Shown here: positions 18,297 through 27,309 of the stretch, one piece after another
Layout: each line of letters opens with the position of its first letter
How positions within the stretch are numbered: position 1 is the first letter of the stretch
Virus record (IMG/VR): IMGVR_UViG_3300022177_000003
Span: 1 to 43,406 of that record
Direction: 5' to 3' (one strand)
DNA: 43,406 nt
DNA from: a virus
Taxonomy: Duplodnaviria; Caudoviricetes
Position numbers and translations under genes: made by a program
Notes under the pieces: model-generated
What the model saw: only the letters and a program-made list of their open reading frames with translations
Told to the model about the DNA's origin: nothing
The model's database searches: none

Positions 18297-19504
18297 TGCC
18301 GGGCCATTCCTTCCCCGGCCCGGTCCCGGCCGAGGCCCTGGCCTATCTGCGGGCGCGCCGCAAGCTGCAGCCGTCCTTCTCCTATACGGACGTCTGGCGC
18401 GAGGAGCACGCCACGGCCTTCACCGTGGCCAAGGCCGTGCAGCTCGACGTGCTGGCCGACATCCGCGCCGCCGTGGACCAGGCCCTGGCCGAGGGCCGGA
18501 CCTTCCGGGACTTCGCCGAGGATCTGCGCCCCGGGCTGGAGCGCAAGGGCTGGTGGGGCCGGAAGGAGATGACCGATCCGCTCACCGGCGAGGTGCGCCG
18601 GGCCCAGCTGGGCAGCCCCCGGAGACTGGACGTCATCTACACGACCAACCTCCGCACGGCCCGGGCCGCCGGGAGCTGGGAGCGCATCCAGCGCACCAAG
18701 GCCGCCCTGCCGTTCTTGCTGTACGAGCCCGGCCCCTCGCGTGAACACCGGCCGGAACACGCCGCTTGGTTCGGCCTGCTCCTACCTGCGGACCACGAGT
18801 TCTGGCAGACCCACTTCACGCCCAACGGCTGGGGCTGCCAGTGCAGGATTCGCCAGGTGTCGCGCTCTGAAGCCGAACGTTTGAAGAAGACCGGGCTCCA
18901 GGCCCAGATCCAGGAGATCGACCCGGAAACGGGCCTGCCCACCGGCCGCCTCGCGAACCGGCGCTATCCGGTGCGCACCGAGGCCCCGCCCGCACGTACC
19001 CGGGCCTGGAAGAACGTCCGCACGGGTCGGACGCAACGTGTGCCTGCGGGCATCGATCCCGGCTGGGACTACAATCCGGGTATGTATGGCCGCACGGCCG
19101 CCGCCCTGGAACGGATCGCGGACAAGCTGGAAGCCGCCGCCCGGGAAGATGCTGCGGCCTCGATCCGCGAGTTGGTCGGCGGCCCGCTGTTCCGGGACTG
19201 GCTGACCGCGCCCCGGGGTGCGTTCCCCGTGGGCGCGCTCCGGGATGAGGACGCGAAGCGTATCGGAGTCCGCACCCTGCATCTGTCACAGGACATTCCG
19301 GCCGGGTTCGAGGAGATCACGCCCGGAACCTGCGCTGCGGTCCAGGACGTCTTGGATCGTGGCCGGAGCATCAGGAACGACGACGGCGAACTCGAGTTCA
19401 TGCTGAGAGAGGGAGTCGTCGCGTTGCGGTTCACGGCGAGGGCCGAAGGGGGGAATCTCCGCCTGACGGCCCTGAGGAGACTGCGGAATGAAGGCAGGAA
19501 GTAG
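18296..19504 (+). CDS. MuF (gp30) head morphogenesis protein with C-terminal extension
   Basis: AFTVAK, RL..IY.TN, PNGWGCQC and DPGWDYNPG motifs, plus about 140 extra residues. Confidence 0.9.
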   Translation: MPGHSFPGPVPAEALAYLRARRKLQPSFSYTDVWREEHATAFTVAKAVQLDVLADIRAAVDQALAEGRTFRDFAEDLRPGLERKGWWGRKEMTDPLTGEVRRAQLGSPRRLDVIYTTNLRTARAAGSWERIQRTKAALPFLLYEPGPSREHRPEHAAWFGLLLPADHEFWQTHFTPNGWGCQCRIRQVSRSEAERLKKTGLQAQIQEIDPETGLPTGRLANRRYPVRTEAPPARTRAWKNVRTGRTQRVPAGIDPGWDYNPGMYGRTAAALERIADKLEAAAREDAAASIRELVGGPLFRDWLTAPRGAFPVGALRDEDAKRIGVRTLHLSQDIPAGFEEITPGTCAAVQDVLDRGRSIRNDDGELEFMLREGVVALRFTARAEGGNLRLTALRRLRNEGRK

Positions 19505-19611
19505 GGCGGACGGTGGGGCCTCCCTCCGCTCGCGCGGCAACCCCACATGACGCTCCGACGCTCATCGCGTCGTGCTACGGCAGGGAGTATGTCACCGTGT
19601 CGCGCCCGCCC
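19504..19611 (+). ncRNA. Candidate pseudoknotted structured RNA after muF
   Basis: Several complementary pairs: GGGCGG/CCGCCC, ACGGTG/CACCGT, GTGGGG/CCCCAC, CTCCCT/AGGGAG, plus two internal hairpins. Confidence 0.55.
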
Positions 19612-19898
19612 TTCCGCTTTCGTAGGGCCCGCCGCAATTCCCGTCAACAGTTCGGCGATTCTCGCCCAGAGGGCGGGGCCGTCGCACCATTCCCGCCGAT
19701 TTCCGTTAAACGCGGAATTAAACGCATCTGGGCGCGAATCAGCGGCGTTTCCATAGCCCGTCTCATCGGGGAGAGGGGATTCCGGATGGCGAATGAAAAT
19801 CGTCATCATGGATATGGACGAACCGTTGCGCCGAATTCGCCTATGAGTTACTCCTTCAACCAACATTATGGGGCCACCGGTATGACAAGGAGGAGGGC

Positions 19899-20762
19899 AT
19901 GCCCAAGGTTCGATTCCATCTATTCGAAGTGGAACAGCAAGAAGGCGACCCTGACTTGGGTGATGCCCTGAGCCAGATCAGCGCCAAGCCTCGTGATGAA
20001 CGTTCCGCGCTTTTGGGCGATCGGCAAGCTATTCTTTTGGACTCGTCGCCTGGACCACGCATTTCGGCTTATCTTTTCACCAGAGTCAGGATGGATGGTT
20101 TGCCGCCGAAAACGGGACTCGACGGACGACGAGAGGAATTAGACCTTGATGAGGACGAAGGATTGGGAGAGGATCTCGCCATCGCTTATGACAAGACGCT
20201 GAAGGTCGTAGCGATTCAAAGGAACCGTTTCTCCCTTTCTCCGAGTAATATTCTCCAATACATTTCGCACTACTTTGAAGACGTACATATAGCTATCAAC
20301 CCTATCATGTCTCAAGATGCACTGGAAAGATATGCTCGGCAATCCATTCTTCGGAAAGCACGGGTCAAACTTGCATCGACTACGAACTTATCCTTTTTAA
20401 GAGACAAGGATATAAGCGAAAATGAACGCATTATGATCCAGCAAATATTGGCATCACCGTATGTCGATTTAATTTTTAGCGTAGGGCACAAGAAAGGTGG
20501 ATTGCCTGAATGGATCAAAAAACTTGTTGGAAAATTTATAAAAGAATTCCAATCAGGAAAAGATAGTATCATCAACATTCAGATCACTGGAAAAGAAGAT
20601 GATGATTCAGAATCTGAGTACATCGATTTGCTCAAGGAGCGCTTAACATATGAAGACGATGTTGATATGACAGGAAGATCAATTGATACAAAACAATTGA
20701 TGATGAGTGCAAAAAAATCATTGTCTACAAATAAAGAATTGCTTGCGAATAGAAATGTATAG
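19899..20762 (+). CDS. RexA-like (DUF6731-like) soluble protein
   Basis: AT-rich, strong RBS; motif order resembles lambda RexA as recalled from memory. Confidence 0.6.
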   Translation: MPKVRFHLFEVEQQEGDPDLGDALSQISAKPRDERSALLGDRQAILLDSSPGPRISAYLFTRVRMDGLPPKTGLDGRREELDLDEDEGLGEDLAIAYDKTLKVVAIQRNRFSLSPSNILQYISHYFEDVHIAINPIMSQDALERYARQSILRKARVKLASTTNLSFLRDKDISENERIMIQQILASPYVDLIFSVGHKKGGLPEWIKKLVGKFIKEFQSGKDSIINIQITGKEDDDSESEYIDLLKERLTYEDDVDMTGRSIDTKQLMMSAKKSLSTNKELLANRNV

Positions 20763-21210
20763 CAAATTTAATCTATTTATTGAGCGCAATGGTCCTATTG
20801 CCGTTTCTTTGCTGTCTTTTTTGTTGCTCAATCTTTTTAGAATATACGTTCAGGAAATACATATTCCGCAAATTGCAAACGCTTTCTTCACAATTTACGC
20901 TGTACTGCTTGGCTTCATATCTGCTTCACTATCTATTTTTTTCTCTATCCAAGATAGAAAGTTTATTAAGTCGTTAAAAACATCAGGAGCCTTCAAGGCG
21001 ATAATAAAATATCACTATAAAGCTATTATTTGGTGCATCTGTGCTCTTTTGATAGCTTTTATCGTCACAATCTCGACAGGAAACAAGGCTATATTTGATT
21101 GCAAAATTATTGGTAGAATCTTAGTCAGCATCGGCATCGGAGCTATGCTTGCTTTTTATAGAGTCGCCTACATGCTTTGCAAAGTTCTCTCGCTAGACTC
21201 TTCAATTTAA
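20755..21210 (+). CDS. Four-TM membrane protein (RexB-like)
   Basis: 151 aa, four hydrophobic segments, overlaps the upstream stop. Confidence 0.65.
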   Translation: MYSKFNLFIERNGPIAVSLLSFLLLNLFRIYVQEIHIPQIANAFFTIYAVLLGFISASLSIFFSIQDRKFIKSLKTSGAFKAIIKYHYKAIIWCICALLIAFIVTISTGNKAIFDCKIIGRILVSIGIGAMLAFYRVAYMLCKVLSLDSSI

Positions 21211-21221
21211 TCCCTCCCGGT

Positions 21222-21262
21222 CATCTGTCCGCATTCTGACCACCTTCGTTCCGGGGCATTCT
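21222..21262 (+). promoter_or_regulatory. Putative late promoter (PI-like)
   Basis: CATCTGTCC-N16-CGTTCCG-N3-CATTCT; matches the copy at 12518. Confidence 0.7.
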
Positions 21263-21268
21263 GCCCCC

Positions 21269-22333
21269 ATGTCGAGACTCGCCGTATCCTTCAACACCGA
21301 GTTGCCCGCTCCCGCAGGGGCCGCCCCGGAGTGGATTCAGCTCCTGCCCGCCGGGCCCCTGATCCAGGGCCGCGACGGCAGGAGCTGGACCTTCGACCCC
21401 GCGGCCATGTCCGCCGTGCTGGAGCGTTTCGCCCGGCGCGGCGCTCCGATGGTCGTGGACTGGGAGCACGCCAGCGAGATCCGCGCGCCCAAGGGCGAGG
21501 AGTCCCCGGCCTCCGGCTGGCTCACCGCCCTGGAGGATCGCGGCGGCGAACTGTGGGGCCGCGTGGAGTGGACCCCGCGCGCCGCCGGGCAGATCGCCGA
21601 CCGCGAATACCGTTTCGTCTCTCCCGCCTTCTATCACCACAAGGACACCGGCCGGATCGAGGCGTTGAGCTCCGTCGGCCTGACCAATTCCCCCAACCTG
21701 CGGCTTGCGGCGCTCAACCGTGCCGGAAGCGACGAGGAGGACCACATGAAGACGCTGTTGCTGAAGGGACTCGGGCTGTCCGAGGACGCCACGGCCGAAC
21801 AGGCGCTGGCGTCCCTGAACAGCCTCAAGGCCAAGGCCGCCACGTCCCTGGCCGGGGCGGGGCTGACCCCCGACCTGTGCCGGGCTCTCGGGCTCGCGGA
21901 GACCGCCGACGCCGGGCAGGCCCTCGTGGCCGTGAACGGCCTCAAGGCCCACGCCCTGGACCTGACCCGCTACGTGCCCCGGGCCGACTACGACCAGGCC
22001 GTGAACCGGGCCCAGACCGCCGAGGGGTTGCTCAAGGAACGGGAAAAGGCCGGAGCCGAGGCCGAGATCACGGCCCTGGTGGACCAGGCCGTGAAGGACG
22101 GCAAGGTGGCCCCTGCCTCCAAGGGCTTCTACCTGGCCGTGTGCCGCAAGGAAGGCGGCGTGGAGGAGTTCAAGACGTTCCTGGCCTCGGCCCCGGTCAT
22201 CGCCGAGGACGCGGCCCTGAAGCGCGAGACGGACGCCGCCGGAGCCCCCCGGCTCTCGGACGCCGAACTGACCGTGTGCCGCTCCCTGGGCCTCTCGCCC
22301 GAGGACTACGCCAAAAACCTGGAGGTGAACTGA
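21269..22333 (+). CDS. Mu gpI-like prohead protease/scaffold
   Basis: WIQLLPAG, VDWEH, EYRFVSP and GLTNSPNL motifs. Confidence 0.93.
   Translation: MSRLAVSFNTELPAPAGAAPEWIQLLPAGPLIQGRDGRSWTFDPAAMSAVLERFARRGAPMVVDWEHASEIRAPKGEESPASGWLTALEDRGGELWGRVEWTPRAAGQIADREYRFVSPAFYHHKDTGRIEALSSVGLTNSPNLRLAALNRAGSDEEDHMKTLLLKGLGLSEDATAEQALASLNSLKAKAATSLAGAGLTPDLCRALGLAETADAGQALVAVNGLKAHALDLTRYVPRADYDQAVNRAQTAEGLLKEREKAGAEAEITALVDQAVKDGKVAPASKGFYLAVCRKEGGVEEFKTFLASAPVIAEDAALKRETDAAGAPRLSDAELTVCRSLGLSPEDYAKNLEVN
21746..22333 (+). CDS. Internal in-frame scaffold protein (gpZ-like)
   Basis: GAGGAGG RBS before an in-frame ATG, as for Mu I/Z. Confidence 0.7.
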   Translation: MKTLLLKGLGLSEDATAEQALASLNSLKAKAATSLAGAGLTPDLCRALGLAETADAGQALVAVNGLKAHALDLTRYVPRADYDQAVNRAQTAEGLLKEREKAGAEAEITALVDQAVKDGKVAPASKGFYLAVCRKEGGVEEFKTFLASAPVIAEDAALKRETDAAGAPRLSDAELTVCRSLGLSPEDYAKNLEVN

Positions 22334-22334
22334 C

Positions 22335-22739
22335 ATGGCCGCCCTGACCAACGACCGCGACACCCCCATGCGGGCGGGTGACCTGTTCGCCTACCCCGTG
22401 GCCGCCTCGACCAGAATCCACGCCGGAGGCCTGGTCGTGCTCGAAGCCGGGTACGCCAAGCCCGGCCGAACGGCCACCGGCCTGGCCTGCGTGGGCCGCG
22501 CCGAGGAGGCCGTGGACAACAGCGGCGGCGCGAACGGCGCGCTGGTCGTGCCGGTTCGCCGGGGCCTGTTCCTCTATGCCAACTCGGCCGCCGCCGACGC
22601 CGTCACCCTCGCGGACGTGGGGGCCGACGCCTACATCGTGGACGACGCCACCGTGGCCAAGACCAGCGCCACCAACACCCGCTCCAAGGCGGGCACGATC
22701 GAGGACGTGGACGCCCTGGGCGTCTGGGTCCGCATCTAG
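22335..22739 (+). CDS. Head decoration/cement protein
   Basis: Between protease and capsid; small beta-rich protein. Confidence 0.65.
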   Translation: MAALTNDRDTPMRAGDLFAYPVAASTRIHAGGLVVLEAGYAKPGRTATGLACVGRAEEAVDNSGGANGALVVPVRRGLFLYANSAAADAVTLADVGADAYIVDDATVAKTSATNTRSKAGTIEDVDALGVWVRI

Positions 22740-22748
22740 GAGACCGCC

Positions 22749-23642
22749 ATGCTCATCAACCGGCAGAACCTGAGCGCCCTGTTCACGGGCTACAAGACCA
22801 TCTTCAACAACGCCTTTCAGGGGGCCAAGAGCCTCTTCGAGAAGGTCGCCATGACCGTGCCGTCCAGCGCGGCCCAGGAGGTCTACGCCTGGCTCGGCAA
22901 CACCACCCGATTCCGGGAATGGCTGGGCGACCGCGTGATCCAGAACCTGAGCAACCACGACTTCACCATCAAGAACAAGGAGTTCGAGAACACGGTCTCG
23001 GTGAAGCGGCGCGACATCGAGGACGACTCCTACGGGGTTTACAATCCCCTGTTCGCCCAGCTGGGCGAGGACGCCCGGACCCACCCCGACGAGTTGGTCT
23101 TCGCCCTGATGTCCCTCGGCTTCTCGACCCCCTGTTACGACGGCCAGTACTTCTTCGACACGGACCACCCCGTGCTCGACGCCGCCGGGAACGTGACCAG
23201 CGTGTCCAACATGCAGTCCGGCTCGGGCGCGGCCTGGTTCCTCATGGACGCCTCGCGCCAGATCAAGCCGTTCATCTACCAGAAGCGCAAGGCCTACAAC
23301 TTCGTGAGCCAGGACAAGGAGACCGACGAGAACACCTTCATGCGCGGCGAATACGTCTACGGCGTGGACGCGCGCTGCAACGTGGGCCTCGGCCTCTGGC
23401 AGCTGGCCTTCGGGTCCAAGGCCGCCCTGGACGAGACCACCTACTCCGCCGCCCGCGCCGCCATGATGAGCATGAAGGGCGACCGGGGCAAGGTGCTGGG
23501 CGTCCGGCCCACCCTGCTCGTGGTGCCGCCCAGCCTGGAGGGCGCGGCCCTGAAAGTGGTCAAGGCCGAGCGCGACGCCTCCGGCGCCACCAACGTCTAC
23601 CAGAACACGGCCGAAGTCCTGACTGTGCCGTGGCTGTCCTAA
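22749..23642 (+). CDS. Major capsid protein (Mu gpT-like)
   Basis: YAWLG, REWLGDR, IEDD, CYDGQYFFDTDHP motifs. Confidence 0.95.
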   Translation: MLINRQNLSALFTGYKTIFNNAFQGAKSLFEKVAMTVPSSAAQEVYAWLGNTTRFREWLGDRVIQNLSNHDFTIKNKEFENTVSVKRRDIEDDSYGVYNPLFAQLGEDARTHPDELVFALMSLGFSTPCYDGQYFFDTDHPVLDAAGNVTSVSNMQSGSGAAWFLMDASRQIKPFIYQKRKAYNFVSQDKETDENTFMRGEYVYGVDARCNVGLGLWQLAFGSKAALDETTYSAARAAMMSMKGDRGKVLGVRPTLLVVPPSLEGAALKVVKAERDASGATNVYQNTAEVLTVPWLS

Positions 23643-23653
23643 AGGAGAGCAGC

Positions 23654-23863
23654 ATGCCCGTCACCATCACCGCCAAGAAGGACGGTTTCCGCCGCTGCGG
23701 CGTGGGCCACCCGGCCACGGCCGTGGAGCACCCGGACGGCCGCTTCAGCGCCGCCGAGCTGGCCCGGCTCAAGGCCGAGCCCATGCTCGTGGTCCACGAG
23801 ACCGCCGCCAAGACCGCCACCAAGGCCGACGACAAGACCAAGCCCCAGGAGGACAAGAAGTAG
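23654..23863 (+). CDS. Mu gp35/HI1506-like protein
   Basis: ITAKKDGFRRCG...L.AEPML.V motif. Confidence 0.75.
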   Translation: MPVTITAKKDGFRRCGVGHPATAVEHPDGRFSAAELARLKAEPMLVVHETAAKTATKADDKTKPQEDKK

Positions 23864-24283
23864 ATGTACGCCACCGCCCAGGATCTGGAGTCGCGCCTCG
23901 GCGGCGCGGACGAGCTGGCCGCCCTGGCCGATCGGGACGGCGACGGCCTGGCCGACGCCGCGCTGGTGGCCCGCGCCCTGGCCGACGCCGACGCCGAGAT
24001 CGACTCCTACCTGGCCGGGCGCTACGCCCTGCCCCTGGCCGTCGTGCCGCCGGTGCTCTCGCGCCTGGCCTGCGACGTGGCCGTGTACCGCCTGGCTTCC
24101 GAGGCGGGCAGCGGCCTGACCGAGGAGCGCCGCACGCGCTACGAGGACGCCGTGGCCTGGCTCAGGCGCGCGGCCGACGGCCAGGTCTCCCTGGGCCTGC
24201 CGGAGACGCCGCCCCAGGCGTCTCCGCTGGCCCCGGGCCTCGTGTCCGGCGGACGCCGCCGCTTCGGCGGGCGGTCGTCATGA
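23864..24283 (+). CDS. Head-tail adaptor (Mu gp36/DUF1320-like)
   Basis: MYAT..DL, EIDSYL..RY.LPL, RYEDAV.WL motifs. Confidence 0.88.
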   Translation: MYATAQDLESRLGGADELAALADRDGDGLADAALVARALADADAEIDSYLAGRYALPLAVVPPVLSRLACDVAVYRLASEAGSGLTEERRTRYEDAVAWLRRAADGQVSLGLPETPPQASPLAPGLVSGGRRRFGGRSS

Positions 24284-24735
24284 GCCTGGCCCTGCGCGTG
24301 GACCTCCGGGACGTGTCCCGGCTCTCCGACAGGCTGGCCCGCATCGGCCGGGCCTCGCCGGACCCGCTCCTGGACGCCGTGGGCGCGCTCCTGGCCTCCT
24401 CGGCCAAGCGGCGCATCCGCTCCGAGAAGCGCGGCCCGGACGGCGAACCCTGGCGATCCTGGACCCCGGCCTACGCCGCGACCCGTCACGCGGGCCAGAG
24501 CCTGCTCCTGGCCGGTGGCGGCCTGGACGACTCCATCACCCACCTGGTGGCCGGGCACGGCGTCGAGGTGGGCAGCAACCTGGTCTACGCCGCGATCCAC
24601 CAGCTGTCCGGCGCGGGCACATCCCGCCCGACCATCCCGGCCCGGCCCTATCTCGGGGTCTCGGACGAGGACGCCCAGGACATCGTGGCCCTGGCCGAGG
24701 ACTGGGCCGACGGCCTGCTGGAGGCACTGCGATGA
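24280..24735 (+). CDS. Virion morphogenesis protein (Mu gpG-like)
   Basis: PDG.PW, VGSNLVYAAIHQ and IPARPYLG motifs. Confidence 0.88.
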   Translation: MSLALRVDLRDVSRLSDRLARIGRASPDPLLDAVGALLASSAKRRIRSEKRGPDGEPWRSWTPAYAATRHAGQSLLLAGGGLDDSITHLVAGHGVEVGSNLVYAAIHQLSGAGTSRPTIPARPYLGVSDEDAQDIVALAEDWADGLLEALR

Positions 24736-25280
24736 GCCTGCTCTCCCTGCGCCAGGCCGTGGTCGCGGCCCTGGCCCCGGCGCTGACCCTGCCGGGCAAG
24801 GCCGTGGCCGTGGCCGCCCACCCCGGACGCTTCGACGCCGGGGAGTTGCGGCGCTGCGCCACCAAGGCCCCGATCGTGCTGGTGTCCGCCCTGGGAGCCT
24901 CGGACATTCAGGACGGCGGCGAGGTCCAGGGGCTGTGCCAGATGGCCGCCTTCGTGCTCTGCCGCGACCTGCCCCGGCTGCCCCGGGACGTGGCCGCCCT
25001 GTCCCTGGTGGAGCGCCTGCTGCGCGCCGTCCCCGGCAACGACTGGTCCGGCCAGGCCTCCCAGGCCCCCCGCGACCTGCGGGCCGAGAACCTTTTCTCC
25101 GGCGAACTGGACCAGGCGGGCGTGGCCCTCTGGGCCGTGTCCTGGCGGCAGCTGGCCGTGCTGGCCCCGGGGGACGCCGACGCCGGAAGCCTGGATTGGT
25201 TCCTGGAATGTCACATCACGGCGGTCTTCGGCGACGGGTCGCCCGTCCACGAAACAGCCATCCAACTCCCCAAAGGATAG
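24732..25280 (+). CDS. Tail completion/terminator protein (Mu gp37-like)
   Basis: HPGRFD..EL and GVALWAVSW motifs; synteny. Confidence 0.75.
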   Translation: MSLLSLRQAVVAALAPALTLPGKAVAVAAHPGRFDAGELRRCATKAPIVLVSALGASDIQDGGEVQGLCQMAAFVLCRDLPRLPRDVAALSLVERLLRAVPGNDWSGQASQAPRDLRAENLFSGELDQAGVALWAVSWRQLAVLAPGDADAGSLDWFLECHITAVFGDGSPVHETAIQLPKG

Positions 25281-25289
25281 GAGGTCCAG

Positions 25290-25460
25290 ATGTTCGTCAT
25301 CCCCAAGCCCGGAATCCGGGTGCGCGACCCCGAGACGCGCGCCCATCTGCCCGCCGAGGGCCGCGAGGTCCCGGACACGCCGTACTGGCTGCGCCGCGTC
25401 AAGGACGGCGACGTGACGATCGAATCCCCGGCCGCCAAGAAAGCCAAGGCCAAGGAGTAG
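25290..25460 (+). CDS. Mu gp38/DUF2635-like protein
   Basis: VRDP....LP.EG..V....YW.RR..DGDV; GGAGG RBS. Confidence 0.8.
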   Translation: MFVIPKPGIRVRDPETRAHLPAEGREVPDTPYWLRRVKDGDVTIESPAAKKAKAKE

Positions 25461-25463
25461 CCC

Positions 25464-26945
25464 ATGTCCATCAGCTTCTCGGGCATCCCCGACAACCTGC
25501 GCGTGCCGCTGTTCTACATGGAGTTCGACAACTCCCAGGCCGTGACCGGCACGCCGCCGATGGCGCACAAGATTCTCGTGCTCGGCCAGATGCTGGCCTC
25601 GGGCCAGGCCGCCCCCCTGGCCCCGGTGCGGATCACCTCGGCCGAGCAGGCCACGGCCCTGTTCGGCCGGGGCTCCATGCTGGATTCCATGTTCCGTGTC
25701 CTGACCAAGGCCAACACCATGCTCCTGGAAACCTGGGCCCTGCCCATGACCGACGCCGCCGCCGGGGTCGCCGCCGCCGGGTCCGTGACCTTCGGCGGCC
25801 TGGCCACGGCCGCCGGGGTGCTCAACCTCTACGTGGGCGGGACGCGCGTGCGCGCCGCCGTGCCCGCGGGCTGCACCGCCGCCCAGGCCGCCACGGCCCT
25901 GGCCGAGGCGGTCAACGCCGCCGTTGACCCCTTCCTGCCGGTCACGGCCGCCGTGGACGGCGTGACCCCCTCCAAGGTCCTCCTCACCTGCCGCTGGAAG
26001 GGCGGCACCGGCAACGATCTGGACCTGCGCTTCAACTACAACCTGGGCGAAACCCTGCCCGCCGGGCTCACCGCGACCGTGGGGGCCATGACCGGCGGGG
26101 CCGCCGACCCCGAGGTGGCCGCCGCCATCGCGGCCTTCGGCGACGAATGGTGGAACCACATCGTCATGCCCTACACGGACGCGGTGAACCTGAGCGCCCT
26201 GGAGGCCGAATTGGCCGACCGTTGGGGCCCGCTGCGGCAGATGGACGGGCTGGCGTGGGCCGCCTACCGGGGCACCCTGGCCGCCACCGGCGCCTTCGGC
26301 GAGACGCGCAACTCCCAGCTCGTCTCCACGATGGGCATCGGGGCCACGCCCACGTCGCCCTGGGACTGGGCCGCGAGCTACGCCGCCCGCGCGGCGGGCA
26401 GCCTGAGCATCGATCCCGCGCGGCCCCTGCAGACGCTGGACCTGCCCGGCTGCCTGCCGCCCGCCGTGGCCGACCGATGGGACATGCGCGAGCGCAACCT
26501 GCTCCTCTGGGACGGCATCGCCACCTACACGGTCAGCGCCGCCGGGGCCTGCTGCATCGAGCGCGAGATCACCATGTACCGGCTCAACGCCTACGGCCTG
26601 CCCGACCCGAGCTACCTGGACGTGCAGACCCCGGCCACCGAGGGCTACCGCCGCTACGCGGCCAAGGCCCGGATCACCCAGAAGTACGGCCGCCACAAGC
26701 TGGCTGACGACGGGACCCGCTACAGCCCGGGCCAGGCCATCGTCACGCCCTCCATCATCCGTGACGAGCTGCTGGCGCTCTATCGCGAGCAGGAGGGCCT
26801 GGTGGTGGAGAACTTCGAGGAATACGCCGCGACCCTCGTGGTGCAACGCAACGCCAACAACCGCAACCGCGTGGACGTGCTGGAGAAGCCGGACGTGGTC
26901 AATCAGCTGCGCATGCTGGCCGTGCTGAGCCAGTTCAAGCTCTAG
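25464..26945 (+). CDS. Tail sheath protein (Mu gpL-like)
   Basis: ISF..IP..LRVPLFY.EFDNS, DPARPLQTL and ERN.LL.DGI motifs. Confidence 0.95.
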   Translation: MSISFSGIPDNLRVPLFYMEFDNSQAVTGTPPMAHKILVLGQMLASGQAAPLAPVRITSAEQATALFGRGSMLDSMFRVLTKANTMLLETWALPMTDAAAGVAAAGSVTFGGLATAAGVLNLYVGGTRVRAAVPAGCTAAQAATALAEAVNAAVDPFLPVTAAVDGVTPSKVLLTCRWKGGTGNDLDLRFNYNLGETLPAGLTATVGAMTGGAADPEVAAAIAAFGDEWWNHIVMPYTDAVNLSALEAELADRWGPLRQMDGLAWAAYRGTLAATGAFGETRNSQLVSTMGIGATPTSPWDWAASYAARAAGSLSIDPARPLQTLDLPGCLPPAVADRWDMRERNLLLWDGIATYTVSAAGACCIEREITMYRLNAYGLPDPSYLDVQTPATEGYRRYAAKARITQKYGRHKLADDGTRYSPGQAIVTPSIIRDELLALYREQEGLVVENFEEYAATLVVQRNANNRNRVDVLEKPDVVNQLRMLAVLSQFKL

Positions 26946-26955
26946 GGAGGACCGG

Positions 26956-27309
26956 ATGAAGATCACCGGAAAAGCGACGATCCGCGTCAACGGCGCGGAG
27001 CTGGTCACCGCTCCCGGCGCGACCCTGAACCCCGGGGGGGCCAAGCGCAACCCCGTGGCCGGGGTCAACCACATCGACTTCAACGAGGAGAACGTCCCGC
27101 CGGAGATGAGCTGCAAGGTGCATCACCGCGCGGACGTCTCCATGACCAGGTTGCGGGACAAGCTCGTGGGCGCGACGGTGCGTTTCGAGTGCGACAACGG
27201 GACCGCGTTCCTCTTGCGCAACGCCTTCACTACGGACGTGCCCTCCCTCGATTCCAAGGAGGGCATGGTGGACCTCAAGATGAGCGCCGAAGGCTGCGAG
27301 GAGGTGTGA
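26956..27309 (+). CDS. Tail tube protein (Mu gpM-like)
   Basis: ITG.A.I.VNG...L.PGG..R; follows the sheath. Confidence 0.88.
   Translation: MKITGKATIRVNGAELVTAPGATLNPGGAKRNPVAGVNHIDFNEENVPPEMSCKVHHRADVSMTRLRDKLVGATVRFECDNGTAFLLRNAFTTDVPSLDSKEGMVDLKMSAEGCEEV

Noticed and set aside
19513-19971. 152-aa ORF as MuF immunity protein
   Set aside because: GTG start with no clear RBS, Arg/Pro-rich low-information sequence, and it overlaps the next real gene.
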